Assembly (NCBI GenBank): GCA_041660065.1
Contig: JBAZXC010000001.1
Location: forward strand, 328,535 to 392,534
Length of the DNA stretch: 64,000 nucleotides
DNA from: Parcubacteria group bacterium
Lineage (GTDB): Bacteria; Patescibacteriota; Minisyncoccia; Moranbacterales; GCA-2747515
Direction of reading: 5' to 3'
The translations under genes were made by a program, and so were the position numbers. The notes under the pieces were generated by a model. It saw nothing but the letters and a program-made list of their open reading frames with translations. It was not told the DNA's origin and did no database searches. Every line of letters begins with the position of its first letter. Position 1 is the stretch's first letter. Positions 8,896 through 18,919 of this stretch are shown here, one piece after another.

Positions 8896-9546
8896 ATGGG
8901 ACCATTGCTTATTGAAAACATACAGGAAATCGTCGAGAAATACCCTTTCCCCAAAATTCACAGAATTCTTGCATGTCTTATCGTCGCCTTATTGAAGATC
9001 AGACATCATCCCAACTACCTATCGGAAAGCATAGAAGCGACAACAATTGCAAAAAGAGGCATGACCAAGGTCTTGCGAGATCTTGATCATGCGATGCGAG
9101 TTGAATTCGAAATGAAAATATTTGCAATCATTCAAATCATGGCCCTTTTTGCAGAATTAAAAGACGGTGACGTTGATGCGATCAATCAGTATTGCGAAAA
9201 GATCACACCGACCAGCGAGGAAACATTGAAAGGTTTTATGCGCAACCATTTTAATGCTGACCTTAAGATCGACCCCGTCTATTCGGACAGTGACTTTGCA
9301 ATTCAATTGGCAATTCTTGAGACAATGTCAGGACTTTATGACGAGAAATTTGTCTTGTGTCCATCAGAAAAAATTACGGATGAGATAATCACTCAGACGA
9401 TCATCGATTTCTTCGCAAACAAAGGATTTTCGTTGTACAAAAAAAGCAATCATTTTGTACTCATGAAAAAAGATGACGAGCTGATCAACATTGTTTTTTC
9501 AAATTATGACGACTCTATTCATATCACAGTAGAAAATGTCAGCTGA
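8896..9546 (+). CDS. hypothetical protein
   Basis: 216-aa ORF followed by a terminator hairpin. Confidence 0.5.
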   Translation: MGPLLIENIQEIVEKYPFPKIHRILACLIVALLKIRHHPNYLSESIEATTIAKRGMTKVLRDLDHAMRVEFEMKIFAIIQIMALFAELKDGDVDAINQYCEKITPTSEETLKGFMRNHFNADLKIDPVYSDSDFAIQLAILETMSGLYDEKFVLCPSEKITDEIITQTIIDFFANKGFSLYKKSNHFVLMKKDDELINIVFSNYDDSIHITVENVS

Positions 9547-9569
9547 TCTTTGTCGTTTAGACCATCCTT

Positions 9570-9606
9570 GCGGAGCAGGCACGTAGCCTTCTCCGCATTT
9601 TTATTT
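9570..9606 (+). terminator. Rho-independent terminator
   Basis: 11-bp stem GCGGAGCAGGC / GCCTTCTCCGC (one mismatch) followed by ATTTTTATTT. Confidence 0.55.
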
Positions 9607-9689
9607 ATATCCCAAAAAACCCTTCGAAAAAATGGCATTCAATGTTATGCTATTATTAGCAAACGAGTAAATTTTAATCATGCATCATT

Positions 9690-10301
9690 ATGCGAACAGA
9701 ATTAAAAGAGGATGAAAAAGTTTTTTTGATCATACGCCGGCATTGGCTCATTCTCATGTTGCCGATCACGATCGCAATCATTGGCCTCGTCATTGGCTTT
9801 TTCTTCAGAGGTTATTGGCTCATTGTTCCCATCCTTCCACTTTGTTATTTGCTCTATCGCGTGATCGAGAGACGAAATGATCTCTGGGCAGTGACAAACT
9901 TACGCGTTATTGATGAGTATGGTGTTTTCACATTGAACTCCAAAGAGAGTCCTCTGGACAAGATCAACAACGTCAGTTACAGCCAATCCATATGGGGCAG
10001 ACTCCTCGGCTATGGCAATGTACAGATCCAGACAGCCGCAGAGGTCGGAGCAAGCACATACGAACAAGTAGAAAAACCGCAAAAGTTAAAAGACGCGATC
10101 ACAGAGATGCAGGAGGAATACAAGAAAACGCAGATATCTGCACAAGCACAGGAATTGGCAAAAGCAATTGCGCATAATTCACAAGATCACGATAATAGCG
10201 ATATCACACACGAGATCGAAAAGATCTTTGCATTGAAACAAAAAGGAATGATCACCGAACAGGAATTCATTGATGCAAAAAAGAAACTGCTTGATCTCTA
10301 A
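9690..10301 (+). CDS. Membrane protein with bacterial PH (bPH_2/YdbS-like) domain and C-terminal SHOCT domain
   Basis: Two N-terminal TM helices, then a PH-like region. The C-terminus EIEKIFALKQKGMITEQEFIDAKKKLL matches the SHOCT motif. Confidence 0.6.
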   Translation: MRTELKEDEKVFLIIRRHWLILMLPITIAIIGLVIGFFFRGYWLIVPILPLCYLLYRVIERRNDLWAVTNLRVIDEYGVFTLNSKESPLDKINNVSYSQSIWGRLLGYGNVQIQTAAEVGASTYEQVEKPQKLKDAITEMQEEYKKTQISAQAQELAKAIAHNSQDHDNSDITHEIEKIFALKQKGMITEQEFIDAKKKLLDL

Positions 10302-10355
10302 TAAACACAAAAAAAGGAGCATGTTGCAAACACGCTCCTGCAAAATCAACTTTAA

Positions 10356-10709
10356 TTAAAGAATCGGACATCCCCACATTGTGCCGGCACATGAACAGCC
10401 AAAATAGCTGTCTCTTTCATGATTTCCGGGAAACTCACATTTAACAACGACATTACTACATTCTTTACATCGCCAGAAATACATGATATTTCCATCCTTG
10501 CCGACGAGCTTTATACCCTCTTCATCAGGTATTGTGTCTTTGCTGTTATAGCGCCACACGACAAAACGATGCGCCCACCCATTTGGCGAGTAATCCTTTG
10601 CATCCAGAACATCGAGAAATTTGCTTTTGAGAAATTCGCGAATATCCCTCATGTTAGGCGTCACATCCGCAGGACATAAAACTTTTAAAAAAGCTCTGCC
10701 AGTACTCAT
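10356..10709 (-). CDS. hypothetical Cys-rich protein
   Basis: RBS GGGAGG upstream of ATG 10709 (MSTGRAFLK…). C-terminal cysteine cluster CKECSN…CSCAGTMWGC. Confidence 0.45.
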   Translation of the reverse strand: MSTGRAFLKVLCPADVTPNMRDIREFLKSKFLDVLDAKDYSPNGWAHRFVVWRYNSKDTIPDEEGIKLVGKDGNIMYFWRCKECSNVVVKCEFPGNHERDSYFGCSCAGTMWGCPIL

Positions 10710-10819
10710 TATTGCCTCCCTCTCGTAATATTTTGGGTTAAAAAACTTAGACAAAGTTAAACATGTTTTTTTTAACATGTCAACAAACATGCTCTCTCAA
10801 AGATTCCCATGATCCTGAG

Positions 10820-12028
10820 CTATTTTACGATTATTTTTACAAAAAAGTGTTTACCGATCTTCATCACTTTGCCATTATCATCAGCGGTCAATACGCAGTT
10901 ACTGTCAGTAACCTTTTCCCCGTCGATCGACACGCCACCTTGTGCGATCTTCCGTCGTGCGTCACCTTTACTTTCCGCACCGCCACAGGAAACCATGTAA
11001 TCCACAAGACTCATTAAAACACTGCACGCGCACTCTTGCACATCTTCGGGAATTTCTTTTTTGGAAAATGTGTTGATGAAATATTCCTGCGCTTTTTGCG
11101 CCGCATCCTCTCCATGAAAGATCCGCACCAGTTCATGTGCCAGTAGGATCTTTGCATCGCGCGGATTTTCCATTTGCATATACTCCTCCACTTTTTCCAT
11201 GTCTATACGCGTACACCCGACAAAAAGCGGTCGCAACATGCCATCCGATTGCGCCATGATCGCGCCAAAGAGGTCTTGAGCACTTAGATCGAGAAATACC
11301 CCCGTACTGTTTGACTTGGACATAAGCGTGCCCGTTTTTTCATCGGCGATCAGTGTTGTCGCGATCACAAATTTATCTTTCCCTTTCAATTTTTGCATCA
11401 ATGTCCGTCCGGCAAGCGCGTTAAAGATCTGATCCGTTCCACAGAGCTCCACATCCACATCCATCGCCACACTATCATAGCCCTGCATCAGCGGATACAA
11501 AAACTCATGGAGATAAATCGGGCGCTCCTCTTGTATGCGCTTGTCAAACATATCGCGCTCAAGCATTTGTTGCACCGTGAAATTACTTGCGAGTTCCAAC
11601 GCTTCCGCAAAATTCAACTTGCCGAGCCATGCGGAATTATATCTGATCTGAAACGGGTTTTCTTTATCGTCAAAATCTGCGATATTTTTTACCTGATCTT
11701 TCCACAGTGCAAAATTCTCTTGCACTTGCTCAGGTGTTTGTTTGACGCGCGCAGATGATTTGTCCGTTGGGTCGCCGATCATACCAGTAAAATCACCAAT
11801 GAGAAAGATCACCTCATGCCCCAGATTGCGTAAATCCTCCAATACCATGAGCCCTTGTGCGTGCCCCAAATGCAATGATTTTGCCGTTGGATCAAACCCC
11901 ATATAAAAACGCATCTTTTTGCCAGAAAGCAATTGATCACGAAATTCCTGCTTGGTCGGGAAAAACTGCGACAGCACCCCGCGATCAAGAATACGATCAA
12001 CCTGTGCCTCGATATCTTTATTTTTCAT
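10820..12028 (-). CDS. tyrS: Tyrosine--tRNA ligase
   Basis: GFDPTAKSLHLGH (HIGH), GDPT, a KMSKS-like motif LMSKS, and a C-terminal S4 RNA-binding domain (ARRKIAQGGVSIDGEKV). Confidence 0.9.
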   Translation of the reverse strand: MKNKDIEAQVDRILDRGVLSQFFPTKQEFRDQLLSGKKMRFYMGFDPTAKSLHLGHAQGLMVLEDLRNLGHEVIFLIGDFTGMIGDPTDKSSARVKQTPEQVQENFALWKDQVKNIADFDDKENPFQIRYNSAWLGKLNFAEALELASNFTVQQMLERDMFDKRIQEERPIYLHEFLYPLMQGYDSVAMDVDVELCGTDQIFNALAGRTLMQKLKGKDKFVIATTLIADEKTGTLMSKSNSTGVFLDLSAQDLFGAIMAQSDGMLRPLFVGCTRIDMEKVEEYMQMENPRDAKILLAHELVRIFHGEDAAQKAQEYFINTFSKKEIPEDVQECACSVLMSLVDYMVSCGGAESKGDARRKIAQGGVSIDGEKVTDSNCVLTADDNGKVMKIGKHFFVKIIVK

Positions 12029-12095
12029 AATTTTTCACGTAAAATTAGCCAATATATACTCTCATACTACCAATTTACCACTGGAACTACAAGTA

Positions 12096-12124
12096 TTGAC
12101 AATTTGTCTTTTTTGTGATATAAT
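12096..12124 (+). promoter_or_regulatory. Sigma70-type promoter TTGACA-17-TGtGATATAAT for the 12158 gene
   Basis: TTGACA at 12096-12101 and TATAAT at 12119-12124 with a TG extended -10 element. Confidence 0.65.
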
Positions 12125-12157
12125 CGGCGGTTAGTAAAATTTCTGATATTTACACAC

Positions 12158-12661
12158 ATGACATCAACAGAAAACCTCAAAAAACATATTGAAGATCTGG
12201 AAAAGCGCCGCATGGCACTCTTTTTTCACATGCAAAAAATTGCAATCGACATCAATGCACGCCTCTATGGTTTTAATACCGTGTTGGGCATTTGCGCACT
12301 CGTGCTCTTTGTTGTCGCATTTTTTGCACTACAGAAAGATCCTTTCTTTCTTTTGTGGAGCAAAATATTTGCCTTGATCACCATCGTGATCACTCTGACA
12401 CAACATCTCTATATCCTGGATAAAGTCTCAACAAAGATCTATCGTGATATTTGTACGATCTACACCGGTTGCGATGACGAATACTTTGTCCTCAAAAAAT
12501 ACAACATCGGCGAACTTGATGAACGCCTGATCCGCCAATTTTATGTCAATAAAACACATGAAATGGGACGCTACACCTGCACAACAGCAACGCCGGGTTG
12601 GCTTGCATGGCTTAGCCTTTCTTCATTCCTCGTAGCGATCATCTTACTCTTTTTTGCATAG
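12158..12661 (+). CDS. hypothetical membrane protein
   Basis: 167 aa with several predicted TM helices. Consensus promoter upstream. Confidence 0.5.
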   Translation: MTSTENLKKHIEDLEKRRMALFFHMQKIAIDINARLYGFNTVLGICALVLFVVAFFALQKDPFFLLWSKIFALITIVITLTQHLYILDKVSTKIYRDICTIYTGCDDEYFVLKKYNIGELDERLIRQFYVNKTHEMGRYTCTTATPGWLAWLSLSSFLVAIILLFFA

Positions 12662-13294
12662 GTCACTGAGAAAATCTCGTGCTTCGTACAAATTGTGTAC
12701 GATCAGATCAGCCTCATCAAAATTGAGGCTGATATTTTTTGCATTGATTCGCACGATACAGACCATGCCCGCACTTTTTGCCGCCACAACACCGACAGGT
12801 GAGTCTTCGATCACAACGCACTGCCCTGGCTCGACACCCAGTTTTTGCGCTGCCACAAGATAGGGATGCGCACTGGGTTTGCGGATAGCACAATCTTCAA
12901 ATGTCACAACTGCGTCAAACAAATCTGCGAGATGATGTTCTGCCAACACACTCATTGTCGTCGGATGATTTGCGCTTGTCACAAGTGCTGTCGCAAGCAT
13001 GAAATCCCTCTTGGCACGCAACAGAAATTTGACCGTATCATCAAAAACGATCGCATTTGCCAAAAGATCATTATACAGTTTTGATCGCAAAGCAAGAAAT
13101 TGCTCACCGTTGATATGATACTTCCCCACAAAGAAATCCACATAATCCAGTGGATGTTTGCCCATGATCATCATTTCATCCTCCTCATCCGGATGGACAT
13201 CGAGCACTTTCAACGTTTCAAGCGATGATTGAATATTGACAATTTCAGAATCCAACAACACGCCATCACGATCACATAAAATTGCCTTGATCAT
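12644..13294 (-). CDS. HAD-superfamily hydrolase (beta-phosphoglucomutase-like subfamily)
   Basis: N-terminal DxDG motif, MIKAILCDRDGVLLDSE. Confidence 0.8.
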   Translation of the reverse strand: MIKAILCDRDGVLLDSEIVNIQSSLETLKVLDVHPDEEDEMMIMGKHPLDYVDFFVGKYHINGEQFLALRSKLYNDLLANAIVFDDTVKFLLRAKRDFMLATALVTSANHPTTMSVLAEHHLADLFDAVVTFEDCAIRKPSAHPYLVAAQKLGVEPGQCVVIEDSPVGVVAAKSAGMVCIVRINAKNISLNFDEADLIVHNLYEARDFLSDLCKKE

Positions 13295-13302
13295 ATTCTT
13301 TT

Positions 13303-14046
13303 TTATTTACTGAGACTTTGTCCCCCATCTACCATGAGATTTTCTCCCGTGATACCACTGGCATCCTCTGATGCGAGAAAGGTGATAGCCTTCGCGATTT
13401 GAGAGGGTTGGATCAGGTCACCAAGATAAATTTCCTCTTTGATCTTTGCGATAAAATCCTCTGAATATTGCTTTGTCATCTCTGTGTTTGCGACACCGGG
13501 AGATACACTGTTTACACGGATCGCTGGTGCGAGCTCCTTTGCCATCGTTTTGGTAAAACTGATCACACCGGCTTTGGCCGCACAATAATCAGCGATCGGT
13601 GGTCGTCCAAAATTGTACACACCACGGATCGATGCAAGATTCACGATTGCCCCGCCATGTGTCATAAGTGGCACGATGTGTTTTGTACACAGAAATGTGC
13701 CTGTGAGATTGACGGCAAAAGTCTTATTCCATTTTTCCAAAGTCGTCTCTTGCAAATTTGCCGAACTGACAATGCCCGCATTGTTGACAAGCACATCAAC
13801 CGTATTGCGTAAGGCGTGAATTTCAGCGCTCATGCGCGCAACATCTTCTTCGTTACTGATATCTGCATAGACACTGGCGCATTTTTCTCGCCCGATCTCA
13901 TCCATAAGCATGTCGATCTGCTCATGTGGTGCAAGATCATTGATCACGACAAAACCACCCTGGCGCGCAAATTCTCGTGCCGTTTCCGCACCAATACCGC
14001 GCCCCGCACCTGTGATAACGATCGTTTTCCCTGCAAAGTCTTGCAT
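13303..14046 (-). CDS. SDR family oxidoreductase (FabG-like)
   Basis: TGAGRGIGAETAREF Rossmann motif, NNAG, and a YxxxK-type catalytic region. Confidence 0.85.
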   Translation of the reverse strand: MQDFAGKTIVITGAGRGIGAETAREFARQGGFVVINDLAPHEQIDMLMDEIGREKCASVYADISNEEDVARMSAEIHALRNTVDVLVNNAGIVSSANLQETTLEKWNKTFAVNLTGTFLCTKHIVPLMTHGGAIVNLASIRGVYNFGRPPIADYCAAKAGVISFTKTMAKELAPAIRVNSVSPGVANTEMTKQYSEDFIAKIKEEIYLGDLIQPSQIAKAITFLASEDASGITGENLMVDGGQSLSK

Positions 14047-14066
14047 AAATTTCTATTGAGAAGCAA

Positions 14067-14642
14067 TTAATAATTCTCGCACTGCACTTCAAAAAATGCT
14101 TGCGGATGCAAACATGCCGGACATTTTTCCGGTGCACTTTTTCCTTCATGCAGATATCCGCAATTACGGCATTTCCAGACGATCACATCGCCACTCTTAA
14201 ACACATGCCCTGCATCCAACTTCTGATATAATTTGCGATACCGTGCTTCGTGCGCTTTTTCCACCAGTGCAATATTTTCAAATGCAAGTGCTACATCCAC
14301 AAAACCTTCTTCACGCGCCACACGTGCAAATTCCGGATATAACTCTGTCCACTCTTCTTTTTCACCGTCTGCTGCCGCTTTGAGATTTTCCAACGTCGAA
14401 CCGATCTTCCCTGCCGGATATGTCGCAGTAATTTCTACCATGCGTCCCTCGAGAAATTTGAAAAATCGTTTCGCATGCTCTTTTTCATTGAGTGCCGTCT
14501 CGGCAAAAAGCGCGGAGATCTGCTCCAATCCCTCCTTTTTTGCAGCAGATGAAAAATAATCATACCGCATACGCGCTTGCGACTCACCGGCAAATGCCTT
14601 TAAGAGATTTTGTTCTGTTTTTGTGCCTTGTAATTGTGCCAT
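14067..14642 (-). CDS. Rubrerythrin
   Basis: Ferritin-like diiron domain (EGESQARMRY…EKEHAKRF) plus a C-terminal rubredoxin-like CxxC…CxxC. Confidence 0.85.
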   Translation of the reverse strand: MAQLQGTKTEQNLLKAFAGESQARMRYDYFSSAAKKEGLEQISALFAETALNEKEHAKRFFKFLEGRMVEITATYPAGKIGSTLENLKAAADGEKEEWTELYPEFARVAREEGFVDVALAFENIALVEKAHEARYRKLYQKLDAGHVFKSGDVIVWKCRNCGYLHEGKSAPEKCPACLHPQAFFEVQCENY

Positions 14643-14696
14643 ATAAAAACTTAAAATAATTATCGTCTTTTTTTATCCTCTTATGATCGTTACAAA

Positions 14697-14732
14697 AGAT
14701 GGGGGCGTATTTCACCCAACGGCCCCCATCTT
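14697..14732 (-). terminator. Hairpin terminator downstream of the cytidylyltransferase-like gene
   Basis: 11-bp perfect stem AAGATGGGGGC / GCCCCCATCTT. Confidence 0.45.
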
Positions 14733-14819
14733 GTGTCACGACACAAAAAGATCACCGTTTCAATACCCCCTCTTATACTCTTATTGTATAGAAAAAAAGA
14801 AATCACTGCAACAATACTA

Positions 14820-15227
14820 TCATTGTTCATTTATCAGCGATGATTTATATTTTTCCGGATGAAATGATTGACCGCGCACAATTGTGCACGCCATTTTTTC
14901 GCGTTCAATAAAATCATACAATTCATTCACAAACGCCTCCTGATCATATCCGAGAAGAATGACATCCGGCGTATGATCGCGGATAACTTGAAGTTTATCG
15001 TCTCCTTCATATCCAAAGATCACATCGTCGATCTCATCCACGCGCAACATCGCCGCGATACGCTCACACTCATCACATACGGGCATCTTTCCCTTAACGG
15101 CATGCACTGTCTTATCCCGCGCGACAACAGCCATTACATGATCACCATGCTCTGATGCCTGACGAAAGAAATCCCGATGTCCTTCATGAATGCCGTCAAA
15201 TGTTCCAAAAATCATGACTTTGCGCAT
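14820..15227 (-). CDS. Cytidylyltransferase-like nucleotidyltransferase (TagD/RibL family)
   Basis: KVMIFGTFDGIHEGH (HxGH) and the overall pattern resemble glycerol-3-phosphate cytidylyltransferase. Confidence 0.7.
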   Translation of the reverse strand: MRKVMIFGTFDGIHEGHRDFFRQASEHGDHVMAVVARDKTVHAVKGKMPVCDECERIAAMLRVDEIDDVIFGYEGDDKLQVIRDHTPDVILLGYDQEAFVNELYDFIEREKMACTIVRGQSFHPEKYKSSLINEQ

Positions 15228-15258
15228 ATATTTTTGTGTTACGTATTATTTGTACGAT

Positions 15259-16734
15259 TTATTCATCTTGTGCTCGTGGCTTCATAAGAGGAAATAACGT
15301 CACCTCACGCAAGGTTTTGTCCTCCAAGAATGCAAAGAGTCGTTCACCGGCACCAAACCCGCATGTGGGCGGCATGCCATATTCCAGCATCTCCACAAAA
15401 TCCCAGTCCGGCATCATCGCCTCTTCATCGCCTGCCTCGATCAATTTCTTTTGCTCTTCAAAGCGCGCACGCTGATCGATCGGATCATTGAGCTCACTGT
15501 ACCCATTACCCACCTCAGCACCGCCAATGATCACTTGAAATTTTTCTGTTTGTTCCGGTTTATCTTTTTTCCTTTTGGCAAGCGGTGCCATCGCTACCGG
15601 ATGATTGACGAGGAATGCCGGACCGGAAATTTTTTGACGGCAATATTTCCACAGCGAATCCGTCAAACGTTCTCTATTTTCACCCTCATATTTTACATGC
15701 AATGCGTCAAGTTTCTCTCTCAAATCACCCTCAGATGCTGTAATCACATTCACACCAGTTTGCCGCAAAACCTCATCCACATAATCGATCTTTACCCATT
15801 CATCCGCCAGATCAAACGTGAGTCCGCGTGTGGTAAATTTGGTGCGTCCATACACCTCCTGTGCGATCGTACGATACATTTCCTGCACAAGCGCCATGCC
15901 ATCATCATAATTCGCATACGCCCAATAAAATTCCATATTGGTAAACTCCTGCAAATGATTGGGACTGGACCCCTCATTACGGAATGCGCGCCCGATCTCA
16001 AACGTTTTTTCAAAACCACCCGCCATAAGTCGTTTCTGCCACAACTCACCAATACTAATGCGCATATATACTGGCAGATCAAAATCATTATGATGCGTCG
16101 CAAATGGCCGCGCTTCTGCACCGCCAGTTGTCACTTCAATGTATGGTGTTTCCACTTCGATAAATCCTTTGGCCTCCATGAATGAGCGCATCACGCGCCA
16201 AAACTTCGCACGACGCATGAACAATGCGCGCAATTCTGCACTAAGTACAAGATCGATATACCGTTTACGAAATCGTTCATCCTCATCCTTCAGTCCGAAA
16301 TGTTCTGCCGGTATGGAGCGCAATGCCTTGGCAAGCATTTGCCACTGTTGTACCATAATTGTCTGCTGTCCGGCTTGTGTCGTAAAAACAGATCCTGTCA
16401 CACTCACAAAATCACTCGCGTCAATCAACTTGACAAATGCTTTGTATGACTCACCCACCTCTTTTTTAGATATGGCCACTTGCATACGTCCGCTCATATC
16501 CTCAATATCGGCAAAAGACAAATTTCCATGTGTGCGCTTGGATCGCAGACGCCCGCATACCGTGACGGTTTGCGCACCTTTTTCCAACGCAGAAAAATCA
16601 TCCAAAACCGCGCCGACCATATGCGTCCGATGTGCTTGTGCGGGATATGGTTCAATGTCCTGTTCTTTTAATTTTTGCAATTTTTCAATGCGCTCTTCAT
16701 ATTCTGTCAGTGCTTCAGATTTTTTCTCGTCCAT
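15259..16734 (-). CDS. lysS: Lysine--tRNA ligase (class II)
   Basis: OB-fold N-terminus, class II motifs, and the FRNEG signature of LysRS. Confidence 0.9.
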   Translation of the reverse strand: MDEKKSEALTEYEERIEKLQKLKEQDIEPYPAQAHRTHMVGAVLDDFSALEKGAQTVTVCGRLRSKRTHGNLSFADIEDMSGRMQVAISKKEVGESYKAFVKLIDASDFVSVTGSVFTTQAGQQTIMVQQWQMLAKALRSIPAEHFGLKDEDERFRKRYIDLVLSAELRALFMRRAKFWRVMRSFMEAKGFIEVETPYIEVTTGGAEARPFATHHNDFDLPVYMRISIGELWQKRLMAGGFEKTFEIGRAFRNEGSSPNHLQEFTNMEFYWAYANYDDGMALVQEMYRTIAQEVYGRTKFTTRGLTFDLADEWVKIDYVDEVLRQTGVNVITASEGDLREKLDALHVKYEGENRERLTDSLWKYCRQKISGPAFLVNHPVAMAPLAKRKKDKPEQTEKFQVIIGGAEVGNGYSELNDPIDQRARFEEQKKLIEAGDEEAMMPDWDFVEMLEYGMPPTCGFGAGERLFAFLEDKTLREVTLFPLMKPRAQDE

Positions 16735-16868
16735 AAGATTCGTTATATTCTACTCATTATCTCTTCTACCACTGTAACGCAAATACACAAAAAAATCAAA
16801 GCCTCAAAAGAAAAAACAAAACACCACTCAGGTGATCCCGCGTGGTGTTTTTGCTTTAATTTTTTTGA

Positions 16869-17327
16869 TCAGTTTATGGAAGTAATTTCATACTGCATCA
16901 CACCGCTCGGTGTATTTACATCAATCGTATCACCCGCACGTGCACCGATAAGAGCTTTGCCAATTGGCGATTCATTGGAAATTTTTCGCTGTACAGGGTC
17001 AGCCTCATTTGATCCAACGATCTCAAATGTCATCTCTTGATGGTTTTTTGTCCGTACACCAACTTTTGAACCAATCTGCGCCGAATCATCACTCGCATCA
17101 TGCTCCACGACACGCGAGTCTTTGATCATGCCTTCCAACTGCGCAATACGCGCTTCATTTTCCGTTTGACGTTCTTTTGCAGCAGAATATTCCGCATTTT
17201 CTGAAAGATCACCCTGCTCCTTTGCCTCTTTGATCGCAGCCGCAATCTCTTGGCGCACAACAGTTGTGCGTTCATCAAATTCCTTCTGCAATTTTTCCAA
17301 GCCTTCTTTTGTAACTAAACGTGCCAT
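16869..17327 (-). CDS. greA: Transcription elongation factor GreA
   Basis: MARLVTKEGLEKLQKE…DLSENAEYSAAKERQ. Start trimmed to MARL (ten codons shorter than the tracked ORF). Confidence 0.85.
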   Translation of the reverse strand: MARLVTKEGLEKLQKEFDERTTVVRQEIAAAIKEAKEQGDLSENAEYSAAKERQTENEARIAQLEGMIKDSRVVEHDASDDSAQIGSKVGVRTKNHQEMTFEIVGSNEADPVQRKISNESPIGKALIGARAGDTIDVNTPSGVMQYEITSIN

Positions 17328-17478
17328 AGCATTTTCTTTTTTACCAATTAAAAACACACGTTATTCCCGTATGCTTCTTTTCAAACATGATTACACTATA
17401 GCAAATACGCCACCTCTGTCAAATACAAAAGCAACTAACCCTATAGCTGGTTGCCTTTGTCCCAGTAAATAATTTTCA

Positions 17479-17838
17479 CTACAAACGAGCACCTTCGTCA
17501 ATGGTCATTTTTTTCTTAAGAGAACGACCACCGCGCCGTTTGAGATCGCGCACTTTTTCCGTATCACGACGGATTTGTACTTTAATTTCATCTTCAATGA
17601 TATCAACACATGCCTGCACACTCTGACTCTTTTCTTCTGCTCGATACTCATTACCGTCAGTCGCACGAACAACAGCGTTCATAAAGAAATCACCATCTTT
17701 TCTTTGGCTTATTTCTATATATGCATCACGCACCTCCGTCAACTTGCCAATCGAACTGATTTTGTCTTCCACATACGTTCGTGACGCCTCTCCAAGAGGA
17801 TCGATGTTCTTATAATAATACTCGATATTCATAATCAT
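17479..17838 (-). CDS. hpf: Ribosome hibernation promoting factor / RaiA family
   Basis: S30AE family pattern NIEYYYKNID…AYIEISQRKDG…ATDGNEYRAEE. Confidence 0.65.
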   Translation of the reverse strand: MIMNIEYYYKNIDPLGEASRTYVEDKISSIGKLTEVRDAYIEISQRKDGDFFMNAVVRATDGNEYRAEEKSQSVQACVDIIEDEIKVQIRRDTEKVRDLKRRGGRSLKKKMTIDEGARL

Positions 17839-17899
17839 TTTTATTAACTATTTACCTACTCATTAATACATACGTGATACTACTGCACAGTCTTTCAGA

Positions 17900-18829
17900 T
17901 CAAAAACCGGCAAGCACGACCTCCTCCTTCAAGTTTACATCAAATTCATCTCGCACGCGAGTTTTGGCGACTGCTGATAATTGCATGGCTTGTTCAGCTG
18001 TACCATTGCCCATATTGATGAAGTAATTTGCATGCTGATTACCTGCCTGAATATCGCCAATACGCTTTTGAAATATACCACACGATTGCAACAGCCATCC
18101 TGCGGGCACGCGTCCGTTATGAACTTTTTGTCCTGTGTCCTGTTCAAACAATTGCTGGACATGCTCCGACACCTCCGGATTGATAAACCACGATCCCGCA
18201 CTTTTGATGTCTTGGATCTGTTTGGTGTTTCTTTTTGATATGACATCATGCATCGCCGCATCAATCTCTTTTTTGTTCCCTCGAGAAAAGTTACATATCA
18301 CACTAACGATAATGAATGATGGATTTTTTTTAAAAAAACTTTTGCGATACCCAAACTCACACATCTCTTTGGTAAAGACTTTTGTTTCTCCCGTTGTAAT
18401 ATCCAATGCATACACTTCTTTGACGATATCTTTCATTTCTGTGCCAAACGCACCCGCATTGCCACGCACAGCACCACCGACTGACCCGGGAATACCTGTG
18501 AGATTTTCCCCGCCGGTATATTCTTTTTCTGCTGCAAACATCAGTAGCGTCATCAAATTTGTCCCTGCGCCACACATGAGATCTCCACCATTATCCGTCA
18601 TACTGTTATTTTTGATCCTGATCACCAATCCATTGAAACCACTGTCCGCAAATAGTACATTGCTCCCACCGGAAAAAACAAAATATTCCAAATCTTTTTC
18701 CTTGGCAAAAGCAATTGCTTCTTTGATTTCTTCGATACTGGACACCTCCACAAAATATCGTGCCTTGCCGCCAATGTCAAATGTCGTGAATGGTGCCAAT
18801 GCTATATTTTCTTGCATGTTGATCATCAT
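17900..18829 (-). CDS. murB: UDP-N-acetylenolpyruvoylglucosamine reductase
   Basis: FAD-binding TFDIGGKARYFVEV … GGSNVLF motifs. Confidence 0.85.
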   Translation of the reverse strand: MMINMQENIALAPFTTFDIGGKARYFVEVSSIEEIKEAIAFAKEKDLEYFVFSGGSNVLFADSGFNGLVIRIKNNSMTDNGGDLMCGAGTNLMTLLMFAAEKEYTGGENLTGIPGSVGGAVRGNAGAFGTEMKDIVKEVYALDITTGETKVFTKEMCEFGYRKSFFKKNPSFIIVSVICNFSRGNKKEIDAAMHDVISKRNTKQIQDIKSAGSWFINPEVSEHVQQLFEQDTGQKVHNGRVPAGWLLQSCGIFQKRIGDIQAGNQHANYFINMGNGTAEQAMQLSAVAKTRVRDEFDVNLKEEVVLAGF

Positions 18830-18885
18830 GTTGCATTTAAAACTTATGCTCCTGTAATTATATCGCTTTGACTTTTATAGACTTC

Positions 18886-18919
18886 ATTTACCAGTCCGTA
18901 GCTTTAGCGAAGGATGGCT
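18886..18919. repeat. Short repeat ATTTACCAGTCCGTAGCTTTAGCGAAGGATGGCT (copy 1 of 3)
   Basis: Near-identical copies at 40704-40738 and 50798-50831. Confidence 0.6.

Noticed and set aside
12029-12157. T-box riboswitch upstream of tyrS
   Set aside because: The leader is only ~130 nt. It has no recognisable specifier-loop/T-box consensus (AATTAGGGTGGNACCGCG-like) and is partly occupied by the divergent consensus promoter of the 12158 gene.
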